Origin: Candidatus Latescibacterota bacterium
GTDB lineage: Bacteria; Latescibacterota; UBA2968; UBA8231
Assembly: GCA_965203355.1 (NCBI GenBank)
Contig: OZ241889.1
Location: 768,001-832,000 of the forward strand
Length of the DNA stretch: 64,000 nucleotides
Direction: 5' to 3'
Part shown: piece by piece, positions 47,596 through 59,456 of the stretch
Layout: every line of letters begins with the position of its first letter
Numbering within the stretch: the first letter of the stretch is position 1
Program-made: the position numbers and the translations under genes
The notes under the pieces: model-generated
What the model saw: the letters and a program-made list of their open reading frames with translations, nothing else
Databases searched by the model: none
What the model was told of the DNA's origin: nothing

Positions 47596-50500
47596 AGGAT
47601 TTCCTCCAGGGTATTGCGCGCCTTTTCCAAGCGCTCGATCTCGTCGCGGCCCGGCACCCGAACCTCGATCTTGAACTGCTCGCCCAAGTCGAAGTCTAGT
47701 TGGGCGGAACATTGCTCCACCATCTTCTTGATGTCGGCTGATGAGACTGGCTTGTCTGGCGGAAAAGTGAGGCGCAAGTGACTTTGCTCCAACTGGACGC
47801 TTGCGAGGCCGAGCTGACGGGCCATGATCTTGATTTCCATGATGTGCATTAGCGCGCGCGCTGGCTGGGGCAGGCGTCCAAAGCGATCCTGCATCTCTTC
47901 GCGGATATCCAAAAGCTCGACAATGCGGCCAGCGTCAGCTAAGCGCTGGTAGAATTCCATCTTTTGGTCTGGGTCGTACAGGTATTCATCTGGAATATAA
48001 GCCGAAACCGCAATTTTTATCTCGGGCTCGGGGTTGTCGAGCGAGTACTCGCCTTTGATTTCGCGCATGGCCTCGTCGAGCAAGCGGCAGTAGAGATCGA
48101 AGCCGACAGCGGCGATAAATCCGTGTTGCTGCGCCCCCACCAAGTTGCCGGCACCGCGAATCTCTAGATCGCGCATGGCGATGTTGAACCCAGACCCCAA
48201 ATCGGCGAATTCCTCAATGGCGCGTAGGCGCATGCGGCTCTTTTTGGTCAGCTTTTTGCCCTTGGGCACCAACAGATAGGCGTAGGCACGCTCGTTGGAT
48301 CGGCCAACTCGGCCCCTAATCTGGTAGAGTTGGCTCAGGCCCAGTGCGTCGGCGCGGTTGACGATGATGGTGTTGACCGAAGGAATGTCGATACCTGATT
48401 CAATGATCATAGTGCAGACTAAACAGTCGTATTTTCGTTCCAAAAAGTCGCCCATGACCTTCTCTAGCTGCTTGGGCGGCATCTGTCCGTGGGCGACGCC
48501 GAAGCGCACCTGCGGCAGGAGGTCTTGCAGGTATTCCTCGAGCCGCTGAATCGACTGCACTCGGTTGTGGACAAAGTAAACTTGACCGCCGCGCTCGACC
48601 TCGCGGTGGATGGCCTCGGCAATGCGGGTCTCGTCAAAAGCTAGTATCTCGGTGTGGATGGGCAGGCGGTCCTGCGGCGGAGTGTTGATCACCGACATGT
48701 CCCGTGCGCCCAGCATCGACATGTGCAGGGTGCGGGGAATCGGGGTCGCCGTCAGGGTCAGCACATCGACGAGCCGCTTGAGTTGTTTGAGCCGCTCCTT
48801 GTGGCGGACCCCAAAGCGCTGCTCCTCGTCGACGATCAAGATCCCTAAGTCGCGGAAGCGGATGTCTTGGGAGAGGATGCGATGCGTTCCGATGAGCACA
48901 TCGACTTGGCCGTTTTTGAGGTCTCGGAGGATCTGTTGCTGTTCCTTGGGGGAGCGAAAGCGGCTGAGCACCTCGACGCGCGCCGGGGTGTGCTCCATGC
49001 GTTCAGAGAAGGTCTGGTAGTGTTGCTCGGCGAGAATAGTGGTGGGGACCAACACGGCGGCCTGCTTGTGGTCGCAGATGGCCTTGAAAGCCGCACGCAC
49101 GGCCACTTCGGTCTTGCCATAGCCCACGTCGCCGCAGACTAGGCGATCCATCGGATGCGGTGCTTCCATGTCCTTTTTGACCTCGTCCATGGTGCGTAGT
49201 TGGTCGGGCGTCTCTTGGAAGGGAAAGGCCGCCTCTAGCTCGCGGTGCAGAGGCCCATCGGCTGAAAACACGAAGCCGGACCTCGCCTTGCGCTCGGCGT
49301 AGAGATGCACCAACTCGCTGGCCATTTTGAAGATTTCTTCGCGCGTGCGCTCCTTGAGTTTTTCCCAAGCGGCACTGCCCAGCTTGCTGAGCAGGGGCAC
49401 TTCGCCTTCGGCGCTGGAATACTTGCGCAGGCGGTCGAGCTGTTCGACGGGCACGAAGACGCGATCTTGGTCCTGATAGGACACGACGAGGCAATCGTGC
49501 TCGCGCCCGCCGATTCGCAGGCGGCGGATGCCCGAGTAGCGGCCAATGCCGTGGTCAATGTGGACGACGAAATCGCCGCGCTGCAAGGCTCCATAGTTGG
49601 CGATGGACTTGGCCGCGCGGAACCGGCGGTAGCGGTAGCGGCGCTTCTGGCGGCTGAAGATCTCGTGGTCGTTGAGCAGGGCTAGCTGGGCTTGCGGAAA
49701 GGTAAAGCCTCGGTGCAATGAGCCGAGGCCGAAGTGGATCTCGGGACCGTCGGCGAAAATTTCCTGTAAGCGGCTCGCCTGCCCTTTGGTTTCGCAGCGG
49801 ATGTGGATGGCGTAGGACTCGGTGGCGAGTCGGTCGATTTCCTGCTGGAGGCGGGCGCGCTCGCCGGCAAAGACGCGCGGCTCTGTCGCCTCGAAGTGGA
49901 TGGCTTTGTCGAGTTGGCCCAAGGGCGCTGGTTCGAGCCGAGTGCAGTCGTCTAGCTGGGCAATGAGCCAATCCTCGTCGCGCAAGAGTGCCGACGGGGG
50001 CAGCAGCGATTCTTTGTGCCGCGACCGCTCGTATTCTTGGCGCGGCTTAGCGAGGGCCTTGTCGAGGGCCTCGGCGATTTCTTCGCGCTCCTCCAAAAAG
50101 AGCACGGGCTCCTTGAGGTACTCGAAAAGCCCGTTGTTGCGGCCGTAGAGCAAGGGGATGTAGCTCTCAATGCCGTCGAGCGATTCGCCTAGCTCCAGTT
50201 GGTCTTTCAGCGGAGCGAGGGCTTCTGCCGCACTAGCGGCTTGGATCCGCTGGAGGTAATCCTCGTAAAAAGGGGAATCGAGCAGCACCTCGCGCGCCGG
50301 CAACACCCAAGCCTCTTCGCAGGTGCTCAGCGAGCGCTGGGTGCTGACGTCGAAGCAGCGGATGGACTCAATCTCATCGCCGAAGAACTCGCAGCGGTAG
50401 GGATGCTCAACGCCGAAAGGGTATATGTCGAGGATGCCGCCGCGCAGGCTGAACTGCCCGATGCCATCGATGGCGGCCACGCGGTCAAAGCCGCAGGCGA

Positions 50501-50990
50501 TCCAGTGTGTGCAGAGCGCGTCGAGGTCGCGTACCGCTCCTACCGCGAGAACCTCCGTGCCTAGTTCGAGGGCATGAGGCGGAATCAGCGGATTGAACAG
50601 GGCCGCGGCCGGGGCGACGACGATGGCCGGTTCGCCGCGCATGAGTCGAGCGGCGGCGGCCACGCGCAAGCTGGTGATTTCGGGATCCGGAGACTGCTGG
50701 TCGTAGATTCCAACGTCCCAAGCGGGGAAGTAATGGACCATTTGCTCACCGGCGATGATTTGGAGGTCGTCGCGCCACTGTTCGGCGCGGTCCTCGTCGG
50801 CCGCGACGATGAGCACGGGGCGTTCAAGTGCTGTGCGGATGTGGCTGGCGAGAAACGCGGCTAGGGCCGGAGGCAGCCCGTGGAACAAGATGTGCTGCCG
50901 TCCATTGGCAAGCCGGGCGACGACCTCTTTGAAGTGGTCCGTCTGAGACGTCAGGCGAACGATGTGGTCGAGTGAATGGGCTGAATCCAT
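47592..50990 (-). CDS. mfd: Transcription-repair coupling factor
   Basis: RGGILDI, VVHIDHGIG, GDVGYGKT, DEEQRFGV, TATPIPRT, QIRGRVGR, TRG motif. Confidence 0.98.
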   Translation of the reverse strand: MDSAHSLDHIVRLTSQTDHFKEVVARLANGRQHILFHGLPPALAAFLASHIRTALERPVLIVAADEDRAEQWRDDLQIIAGEQMVHYFPAWDVGIYDQQSPDPEITSLRVAAAARLMRGEPAIVVAPAAALFNPLIPPHALELGTEVLAVGAVRDLDALCTHWIACGFDRVAAIDGIGQFSLRGGILDIYPFGVEHPYRCEFFGDEIESIRCFDVSTQRSLSTCEEAWVLPAREVLLDSPFYEDYLQRIQAASAAEALAPLKDQLELGESLDGIESYIPLLYGRNNGLFEYLKEPVLFLEEREEIAEALDKALAKPRQEYERSRHKESLLPPSALLRDEDWLIAQLDDCTRLEPAPLGQLDKAIHFEATEPRVFAGERARLQQEIDRLATESYAIHIRCETKGQASRLQEIFADGPEIHFGLGSLHRGFTFPQAQLALLNDHEIFSRQKRRYRYRRFRAAKSIANYGALQRGDFVVHIDHGIGRYSGIRRLRIGGREHDCLVVSYQDQDRVFVPVEQLDRLRKYSSAEGEVPLLSKLGSAAWEKLKERTREEIFKMASELVHLYAERKARSGFVFSADGPLHRELEAAFPFQETPDQLRTMDEVKKDMEAPHPMDRLVCGDVGYGKTEVAVRAAFKAICDHKQAAVLVPTTILAEQHYQTFSERMEHTPARVEVLSRFRSPKEQQQILRDLKNGQVDVLIGTHRILSQDIRFRDLGILIVDEEQRFGVRHKERLKQLKRLVDVLTLTATPIPRTLHMSMLGARDMSVINTPPQDRLPIHTEILAFDETRIAEAIHREVERGGQVYFVHNRVQSIQRLEEYLQDLLPQVRFGVAHGQMPPKQLEKVMGDFLERKYDCLVCTMIIESGIDIPSVNTIIVNRADALGLSQLYQIRGRVGRSNERAYAYLLVPKGKKLTKKSRMRLRAIEEFADLGSGFNIAMRDLEIRGAGNLVGAQQHGFIAAVGFDLYCRLLDEAMREIKGEYSLDNPEPEIKIAVSAYIPDEYLYDPDQKMEFYQRLADAGRIVELLDIREEMQDRFGRLPQPARALMHIMEIKIMARQLGLASVQLEQSHLRLTFPPDKPVSSADIKKMVEQCSAQLDFDLGEQFKIEVRVPGRDEIERLEKARNTLEEIL

Positions 50991-51068
50991 TCCGTTTTTG
51001 TCAACGTGCTATTAGAGAGTTTTGTGCGGCGAAAACAGCCGGAGGGCGTGTTCACGGTCGGGATACCG

Positions 51069-51103
51069 AAAAAGGGTCTGCGACGGCATGTCGTAAACCC
51101 TTT
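51069..51103 (-). terminator. Hairpin/terminator downstream of tRNA-Ala
   Basis: AAAGGGTTTACGAC-loop-GTCGCAGACCCTTTTT on the minus strand. Confidence 0.6.
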
Positions 51104-51121
51104 ATACCTGACAGCTTATCA

Positions 51122-51197
51122 TGGTGGAGCTGAGGGGAATCGAACCCCTGACCTCCTGAATGCCATTCAGGCGCTCTCCCAACTGAGCTACAGCCCC
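51122..51197 (-). tRNA. tRNA-Ala (GGC)
   Basis: GGGGCTGTAGCTCAGTTGGGAGAGCGCCTGAATGGCATTCAGGAGGTCAGGGGTTCGATTCCCCTCAGCTCCACCA: 76-nt cloverleaf, G3:U70 pair, encoded CCA. Confidence 0.98.
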
Positions 51198-51249
51198 ACA
51201 AGAGCAAACAAGATAAGCAATTTTCTGCTACATCGTCAAGGAGGCGGGT

Positions 51250-51798
51250 TCAGCCGCCGTTGATCACCACGCCCATGTTGAGGTCGGCGGCTGTGTAGTC
51301 GTCGCGGTCAGAGAAACTGGGGCCTAGCGAGAAGAAAGCCAAGCGCACTTGCACTTGCATTCCCGCGTCAAAGCCTTCGCCGGTCCTCAGCGTGAACGTC
51401 CCTAGGGTATCGTCGCCCTTTTTGGTTTCGGTGATGCTCGCGCCGCCGACGCGCCACAGCCTTTCTTCCGTTAGCTCGATGCCGAAGGGCGGGGTGAGAA
51501 AGGGCGCGGTCGCGAGGAAAGAAGAGCCTTCAAGAGCCAAGGCGCTGGCCGGTTCGATTGCTAGGCGCAACTCAAACTGTCTGACGTTTACCATGCCTTG
51601 AGCCGCAAAGGTAAGGACGATCTCCTGACCGGGGCCGGTAGCCGTAAATTGGTCCTCTTCAATGCGAATGCTTTGCGCGTAGCGGCCATCGAGCCGGGCT
51701 GAAAGTACCGGCGGGTCGGCTGTGGGGCTTTGGATCGAGTCCTTGCCACAGGAAGCGAATAACGCGGCGAAGTAAAACAAGCATAGGGCAATCTTCAT
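51250..51798 (-). CDS. Lipoprotein of unknown function (beta-rich)
   Basis: MKIALCLFYFAALFASC lipobox. Confidence 0.72.
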   Translation of the reverse strand: MKIALCLFYFAALFASCGKDSIQSPTADPPVLSARLDGRYAQSIRIEEDQFTATGPGQEIVLTFAAQGMVNVRQFELRLAIEPASALALEGSSFLATAPFLTPPFGIELTEERLWRVGGASITETKKGDDTLGTFTLRTGEGFDAGMQVQVRLAFFSLGPSFSDRDDYTAADLNMGVVINGG

Positions 51799-51929
51799 TT
51801 GACAGCCTGCCAAGGGTAGTTTTCGCTGGAAATAGGTTATTTGGGGCTAGGTAAGCAAGCGTTTGAGGCCATGGGCTTGAGCCGTTGAGCCGCGTATTCG
51901 ATATTCAGGATACAGAAACTAAGGGCGAT

Positions 51930-52283
51930 ATGTTCTACTACTTCACCTATATAGCCTGCGGGGTATTCCTGATCTGCCTAGCCTATGCGGCCTATGTGAT
52001 CTTGAGGCGGCTGGTCGTCTTGCGCCGTCTGCGGCAGCTCGCCTTCCGAGTGCAGATGCTGGCCCACGGTCGCACTGCGCGGCTCGGCAGCCTGCTCAAC
52101 GCCCATCCGCTGGTGTTGTTTTTCTCCGACCGGCTCTCCGTCGAACTCGAGCGCGAGCTCGCTCACTTGGAGCACCGTCGCCGCATCCCAACCGCCTACC
52201 ATTCGCGGCCATGTATGCCGTTTGCATTCGACCGGCTCAAGCTGCTGAGACGCCGCGTCGAGCGAATAGAGCAGCATCGCTAA
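51930..52283 (+). CDS. Hypothetical membrane-anchored protein
   Basis: N-terminal TM helix; fills the gap between oppositely oriented genes. Confidence 0.5.
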   Translation: MFYYFTYIACGVFLICLAYAAYVILRRLVVLRRLRQLAFRVQMLAHGRTARLGSLLNAHPLVLFFSDRLSVELERELAHLEHRRRIPTAYHSRPCMPFAFDRLKLLRRRVERIEQHR

Positions 52284-52756
52284 GGCAGCGGCACTTTCAG
52301 CCTAAGCCGCGCTTTACCGCGCTGCATTTCCACTTGCATTGCGGCCCCGGCCCCAAAGTCCGCGAGGTGGGCATCGACATAGGCGTCGGTGGCAGCCAAG
52401 GCGATCGAGAGCGCGAAGTAGAGCAGGCGACTGTTGCGGCGGGCCGTGCGGTTTTGGTGTTCCTCGGGTGTGGCCGCGGCGCGGCCGCGGCGATGCTCGA
52501 CCACAACCGCAGTGAGGGCGGTCGCGCTGGCCGCACCGAAGAACAGTCCCTTGAAGGGGCGGCCATTGTAGAACTGGCCCCAGCCGGGCAACACGGCCGA
52601 GCGCAGGAGTGCGCCATGCACCGAAGGCGGGGCCGCCGGCACGGTGTGAGTCGAATCGGCCTCGGCCTCTGTGGCGCAGGCCGGTCGCCCCGCGAACAGG
52701 ACGAAAAGCAGGCTAGCCCAGCCGCATACCAGCCGCAATCGGATAGCCCCGCACAA
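52280..52756 (-). CDS. DUF5683 family protein
   Basis: RSAVLPGWGQFYN and DAYVDAHL motifs; start uncertain. Confidence 0.8.
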   Translation of the reverse strand: MCGAIRLRLVCGWASLLFVLFAGRPACATEAEADSTHTVPAAPPSVHGALLRSAVLPGWGQFYNGRPFKGLFFGAASATALTAVVVEHRRGRAAATPEEHQNRTARRNSRLLYFALSIALAATDAYVDAHLADFGAGAAMQVEMQRGKARLRLKVPLP

Positions 52757-53636
52757 AGGCCGTTCCCTCCATGACAGCTTTGCCCGCCGGTTGAACTTGA
52801 GTCAGTTGTAGCGCACCCTCGCCGCAGGCCACGGTTAAACCTCGACGGCCCTCGGCGCAGAGTACGGTGCCAGGGGCGCCGCCGCTCGCCGCGCACTGAG
52901 TCCGATGCACTTTAAGCGTTTTGCCCTGCCAGTAGGTATAGGCTCCGGGCGCGGGATTCATGCTGCGGACGAGGTTGCGGACCCGCTCAGCCGGTTGGCG
53001 CCAGTCAATCTGGCCGTCCTCTTTGGTCAGCTTGGGGGCGCGACTGACGCCGTCCGTACCTTGGGGCTGTCCGGTGAGGCGACCGTCTTCCAGCCCATCG
53101 ACGGTTTCCACGACCATTTTGGCACCCTCCACGCACAAGCGGGCTTCCAACTCACCGGCCGTCTCGTCACAGCCGATGGCAAAGCGGCGTTGGAGCAGGA
53201 TGTGCCCGGCGTCGATGCGCGGGCTGAGCTGGAAAGTGGTGATGCCCGTTTCCTTTTCGCCGTTGGCCACTGCCCAGACAATGGGAGCCGCACCGCGATA
53301 AGCTGGTAAAAGCGAAGGATGCAGGTTGATTGCTCCAAGGCGAGGAATGGCGAGTAGGTGCTGGGGGAGAATTGAAAAGGCGACGACGACCAAGAGGTCG
53401 GGAGTATGCACCGCTAGCGCGGCCGCTAACGCGGGGTCTTTGACCGCGGCCGGTTGCAGTACTTCTAATCCGAGCTTTAGGGCTTGTTCTTTGACGGGCG
53501 AACTGGCAAACTGCCGGCCCCGCCCCTGCGGTCGGTCGGGATTGGTGACGACAGCGATGATCGGATGGCGGCTCTGGGCGAGAGCTGTTAAGGAGGGAAC
53601 CGCAAAGCGTGGGGTTCCCATAAACACCAGCCTCAC
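52713..53636 (-). CDS. fmt: Methionyl-tRNA formyltransferase
   Basis: FMGTPRFA, PDRP.GRG, NLHPSLLP.YRGAAP, APKL.KEDG. Confidence 0.97.
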   Translation of the reverse strand: MRLVFMGTPRFAVPSLTALAQSRHPIIAVVTNPDRPQGRGRQFASSPVKEQALKLGLEVLQPAAVKDPALAAALAVHTPDLLVVVAFSILPQHLLAIPRLGAINLHPSLLPAYRGAAPIVWAVANGEKETGITTFQLSPRIDAGHILLQRRFAIGCDETAGELEARLCVEGAKMVVETVDGLEDGRLTGQPQGTDGVSRAPKLTKEDGQIDWRQPAERVRNLVRSMNPAPGAYTYWQGKTLKVHRTQCAASGGAPGTVLCAEGRRGLTVACGEGALQLTQVQPAGKAVMEGTAFVRGYPIAAGMRLG

Positions 53637-53983
53637 TACTTTCCCTTGTCGTCTTCTTTATTCTTCACCCGCGAAACGGCCGCCCGCGAGACCTCGATCT
53701 TGACGTTGTCGGCGATTTTGACCACGAGGATGTCGTCTTTGATGTTGAGAATGGTGCCGTGGATCCCACCGCTGGTGACGATTTGATCGTTTTTTTCGAG
53801 TTCGTCGATCATCCGCTGTTGGTTTCTCTGTTTCTTCATCTGCGGTCGCAAGATCAAGAGGTAGAGAACCAGAAACATCAGCGCAAAGGGCAGGAGCGCG
53901 GTGATGGGATTGGGCTGTTGGCCGCCATCGGAGGGGCCGCCGCCGAGGGCGTGGGCCGTGGAAATGAGATCGAACACGGGCAA
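53636..53983 (-). CDS. yajC: Preprotein translocase subunit YajC
   Basis: LILRPQMK, IVTSGGIHG. Confidence 0.95.
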   Translation of the reverse strand: MPVFDLISTAHALGGGPSDGGQQPNPITALLPFALMFLVLYLLILRPQMKKQRNQQRMIDELEKNDQIVTSGGIHGTILNIKDDILVVKIADNVKIEVSRAAVSRVKNKEDDKGK

Positions 53984-54150
53984 ATTCCTTTCGGTAGATT
54001 AAGAGTCACAGAAAATTTAACAAAAATCCCCGTGCTGAGTAAGACCGGACAACATGGTGCGCCGCGATCCCTTCGTGCCGCAAAGGCGCTTTGACATTGT
54101 GACACTTTTGCTACTAAGATGAGGACGAGATTGAGACAGGAGAATGGGTC

Positions 54151-54714
54151 GTGAACAGAAAAGGACGCAAGGCGCGGTACCAGGGGCTGAACAAGCATCA
54201 GCGGGCGGCTTTTCGCCAAGGCGAGTTGCGCGTAGGGCGCGAAGAAATTCAAGAACTGTTGCAGTTGTCGCGCAGTGCCGATCCAGCAGATCGCTTGCGG
54301 GCGGCGTCCTTTTTGTGTCCCTGCCACGTGCGTCGCAGCATAGACGAGGTTTGGCAGGCACTCTATCGGATGCTCGAAGACCAAGACGTGCGGGTGCGCC
54401 GCGCTGCTTGGCACACGCTTGAAGACGGCGGCAAACCCGATGACCCAGCGCTCGACGCGATCATAGAGCGGACCTTGGAGCGCGAGACGGACCGGCAAGT
54501 GCTCAATTTTGCGCGGCTTTTTTCCCAAGGACGCGAAAAACGCAAACAGGTCGAATTTGAGCTAGCGGCAATTCCCGAGTACGCAGAGCGCGGCAAGTGC
54601 GATTTCTGCGGCGCACAGTCCGCGTCAGTCAAGAAGGATTTCACGACCGAACTCGGCGTGGGCGGCGCGCGAAGGTTCGCCCTAGTCTGCGAACCCTGCG
54701 ACCAAGCGGCCTGA
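54151..54714 (+). CDS. HEAT-repeat protein with CPCH motif and C-terminal CxxC...CxxC zinc ribbon
   Basis: LCPCHVR, MLEDQDVRVRRAAWHTL, CDFC, CEPC; AGGAG RBS. Confidence 0.75.
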   Translation: MNRKGRKARYQGLNKHQRAAFRQGELRVGREEIQELLQLSRSADPADRLRAASFLCPCHVRRSIDEVWQALYRMLEDQDVRVRRAAWHTLEDGGKPDDPALDAIIERTLERETDRQVLNFARLFSQGREKRKQVEFELAAIPEYAERGKCDFCGAQSASVKKDFTTELGVGGARRFALVCEPCDQAA

Positions 54715-54724
54715 GCCGGTTCTG

Positions 54725-56991
<2,267 letters not shown>

Positions 56992-57015
56992 GGGTTCAGG
57001 GCGCGACTTGTTGCT

Positions 57016-57615
57016 TTAGGTGGTATCCAAGCATTCGTTCTCCCAGCGGATAATTTTCCACACCCCGTCGTCTGGATCAAAGCGGAGTTTGTAGGTCATA
57101 AACTGATCTACGCGATAGCCCTCGCCGGCTGATTCCAGCATCTCCATTTGGACCCGACCATAGAAGACCTCCCAGTCTTCATCTGGGTGGCCGTTGGGGT
57201 CTCCAGGAAAATTTTCAGGATGATTGGCCCCGAGTTCTTGATAGCGGTCCTTGGGCGTAAAGTCGAAGGTAAAATTGTGGCGGAACCTGTCGAAAATGCC
57301 CTCCTGCGAGTCATCGCGGCTGCCAGCCATGATCTTTAGCTCTTCCTCCAAATTGTTGTGGAAGACCACTTCGCCGAGGCAATCCCATTCGGTAAACAAG
57401 AAGTCTTCGTCGAGCAAACTCTCGTAGAGATCTTCGTCTCGAGTGCGCATGGCGCGAGCGAGGTTGTCCATGAGTAGCTCGGGAGTCGTGGCCTGTGGGG
57501 CGGGTGGCTCGGACGGCTCGGGGTTAACGGGCTCGTGTTTATCGGGAGCAAAGGGATTGCTGCATGCGCTCAAGACGAGGAGGCCGCAGAAGGCCAGGAA
57601 GGCGAGGGATTTCAT
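57016..57615 (-). CDS. Lipoprotein, SnoaL/NTF2-like (paralog 1)
   Basis: LSAC lipobox; TPELLMDNL...Y..LL.EDFLF...WKIIRW. Confidence 0.72.
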   Translation of the reverse strand: MKSLAFLAFCGLLVLSACSNPFAPDKHEPVNPEPSEPPAPQATTPELLMDNLARAMRTRDEDLYESLLDEDFLFTEWDCLGEVVFHNNLEEELKIMAGSRDDSQEGIFDRFRHNFTFDFTPKDRYQELGANHPENFPGDPNGHPDEDWEVFYGRVQMEMLESAGEGYRVDQFMTYKLRFDPDDGVWKIIRWENECLDTT

Positions 57616-57751
57616 GGTCGTACTCCGCTTTTGTTGCAAGGTTTGTTGTGCTGCTTAACAATATAATCATTCTCAGAAGTATAGGAGAATGGACGACCGA
57701 GGGGGCGGAGACCTGTGAGATGGATTCGATTCAGAGAAATGCGCCGAACGC

Positions 57752-58489
57752 TCACTGCGAAAAGCGCGCCCGCAGTTCCCCCCAAGAAAACTTCGCCGAA
57801 GCCCGATCGCGCTCGTCCCGCCAAGCGGCGATCGCCCACACCGGGTTTTCCGCCGTGGGCGTCACCAACTCGATCGTCGCAAACCCCTTAATGCCGATTG
57901 TGGTGAACTTCGTTTCCACCGAGTCGGCCGCGCCAATTATCTCGACGAAGTCGGCTTCGTAGGGGAATCTGAAGGTCTCGCGCAGATCGTCGTCGGCCGG
58001 GATGCGTTCGTCCGACGATTTGTACCAGCGCGTAAAGTGTGCGCTGTGAATTCGCTCGGATGAGAGAATGAGGCGGGCAAAGTTGCGCTCCTCAGCCGCC
58101 CCCCAAACGGTATCGCGGTCAGCAGCGTAAACTTCTGGATATAGCTGCACATCCTCGGGGTCGGGAACGAAGACAAAGTCCTCAATAAAATGATCCATGT
58201 ACTGTTGCGGGCTGCGTTTCTCGTCGGCGCGAAAAATGTCAGCGAGATTGGCCAGCACGGCTTCGGGGCGCGTGGGCTCGCGCAGGAAGAGTTGAGGCCC
58301 GCTGGGGCAGTCGGGTAGCTGGGTCGATAGCGGAGTCTTAGGATCGGGGCGCTCTTCATCCACGCCATCGCAATGGGGAAAAAGATCGATACTCGAGCCG
58401 GACGCGCAGCGACAATCCACTTGTTCGCTGTCGCCGATGACGCAGCCGGTCAACAGGGCCGCGAGCAGAAATGTTCGGAGCGAGAGCAT
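57752..58489 (-). CDS. Lipoprotein, SnoaL/NTF2-like (paralog 2)
   Basis: LTGC lipobox; RPEAVLANL...Y...F.EDFVF...WAIAAW. Confidence 0.72.
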   Translation of the reverse strand: MLSLRTFLLAALLTGCVIGDSEQVDCRCASGSSIDLFPHCDGVDEERPDPKTPLSTQLPDCPSGPQLFLREPTRPEAVLANLADIFRADEKRSPQQYMDHFIEDFVFVPDPEDVQLYPEVYAADRDTVWGAAEERNFARLILSSERIHSAHFTRWYKSSDERIPADDDLRETFRFPYEADFVEIIGAADSVETKFTTIGIKGFATIELVTPTAENPVWAIAAWRDERDRASAKFSWGELRARFSQ

Positions 58490-58497
58490 GGAACGGC

Positions 58498-59439
58498 TCA
58501 GTAGGTGACAAAAGGCACGGGAGCGAAACAGACGACAAAGATCAGCAGGCAGAGGTAGCCAACGAAGTACCGGCCGCGGTCCAGCGCGATAAAGGGATCG
58601 TAGGGGGGCGGATGGTCCTTGCCAAAAAGCGCGAGAAAAAAGGCCAGCACAAACCACCCCGGCCACCCTTGGGGCCATTCCCACACCAGCGCTAGGACTC
58701 CATAAAGCCCCAAAGCCAGCAAAGCGATGTAGGCCGTGCGGGCGATCTGCCGGTGCCGGGAGCCAAAGAGCGCGTACGCAATATGGCCGCCATCGAGCTG
58801 GCCGATGGGAAAAAGATTAAAGGCCGTGATAAACAGCCCGACCCAACCGGCAAAAGCCACCGGGTCTAAGAGGACCATTTGGTTTGGCCCAATGGCGGGC
58901 AAGACGAGCGCGGCGATGCCGGAAAAAAGCAAGGGTGCCCCCAATTCGATGGGGGCCGCGTGAAAGTAATCGGCTGAAACCACGGTCGAGCGCGAAAGCC
59001 CAGCGAAACAGGCTGCGAGGGCGACGACAAAGCCCGCTAAAGGACCAGCGGCACCAATGTCGAGGAGGGCGCGCTTGTTGGGGATGGGGGAGCGAATTTT
59101 GATGACTGCGCCCAATGTGCCGAGGAAGGAAACATAGGGCAGGGGAAGAAAATAGGGCAGCGAGGCCCTGACTCCCCAGCGCCGCGCCGCAAAGTAATGG
59201 CCAAATTCGTGAACCGTGAGAATAAAGAGCAAGGTTGCGGCAAAAGGAAGGCCCTCAACGAGGTGGACCAAGGCCGCGAGACTGGTCAGCGGATCAACGC
59301 CTTGCTGCATGGCGCCAGCGGTGGCAGTCGAAGCAATGGTACCGCAAAACAGCAGTAGATGGACCCACCAGCGCGAGGAGTTGGCGTGTTGCACCGGGAC
59401 CGGGAGTGAGGTCGGGGCTGGCGGCACCACCGGCGCCAC
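58498..59439 (-). CDS. Site-2 protease (M50)
   Basis: HEFGH, AGPLAG, NLFPIGQLDGG; start approximate. Confidence 0.92.
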   Translation of the reverse strand: MAPVVPPAPTSLPVPVQHANSSRWWVHLLLFCGTIASTATAGAMQQGVDPLTSLAALVHLVEGLPFAATLLFILTVHEFGHYFAARRWGVRASLPYFLPLPYVSFLGTLGAVIKIRSPIPNKRALLDIGAAGPLAGFVVALAACFAGLSRSTVVSADYFHAAPIELGAPLLFSGIAALVLPAIGPNQMVLLDPVAFAGWVGLFITAFNLFPIGQLDGGHIAYALFGSRHRQIARTAYIALLALGLYGVLALVWEWPQGWPGWFVLAFFLALFGKDHPPPYDPFIALDRGRYFVGYLCLLIFVVCFAPVPFVTY

Positions 59440-59456
59440 TGTTTTGCGCCAGAAGT

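Noticed and set aside
51006-51263. 85-aa ORF, and a possible island integrated at tRNA-Ala
   Set aside because: The ORF is the antisense of the tRNA; I saw no integrase or duplicated tRNA 3' end, and the flanks are housekeeping genes.
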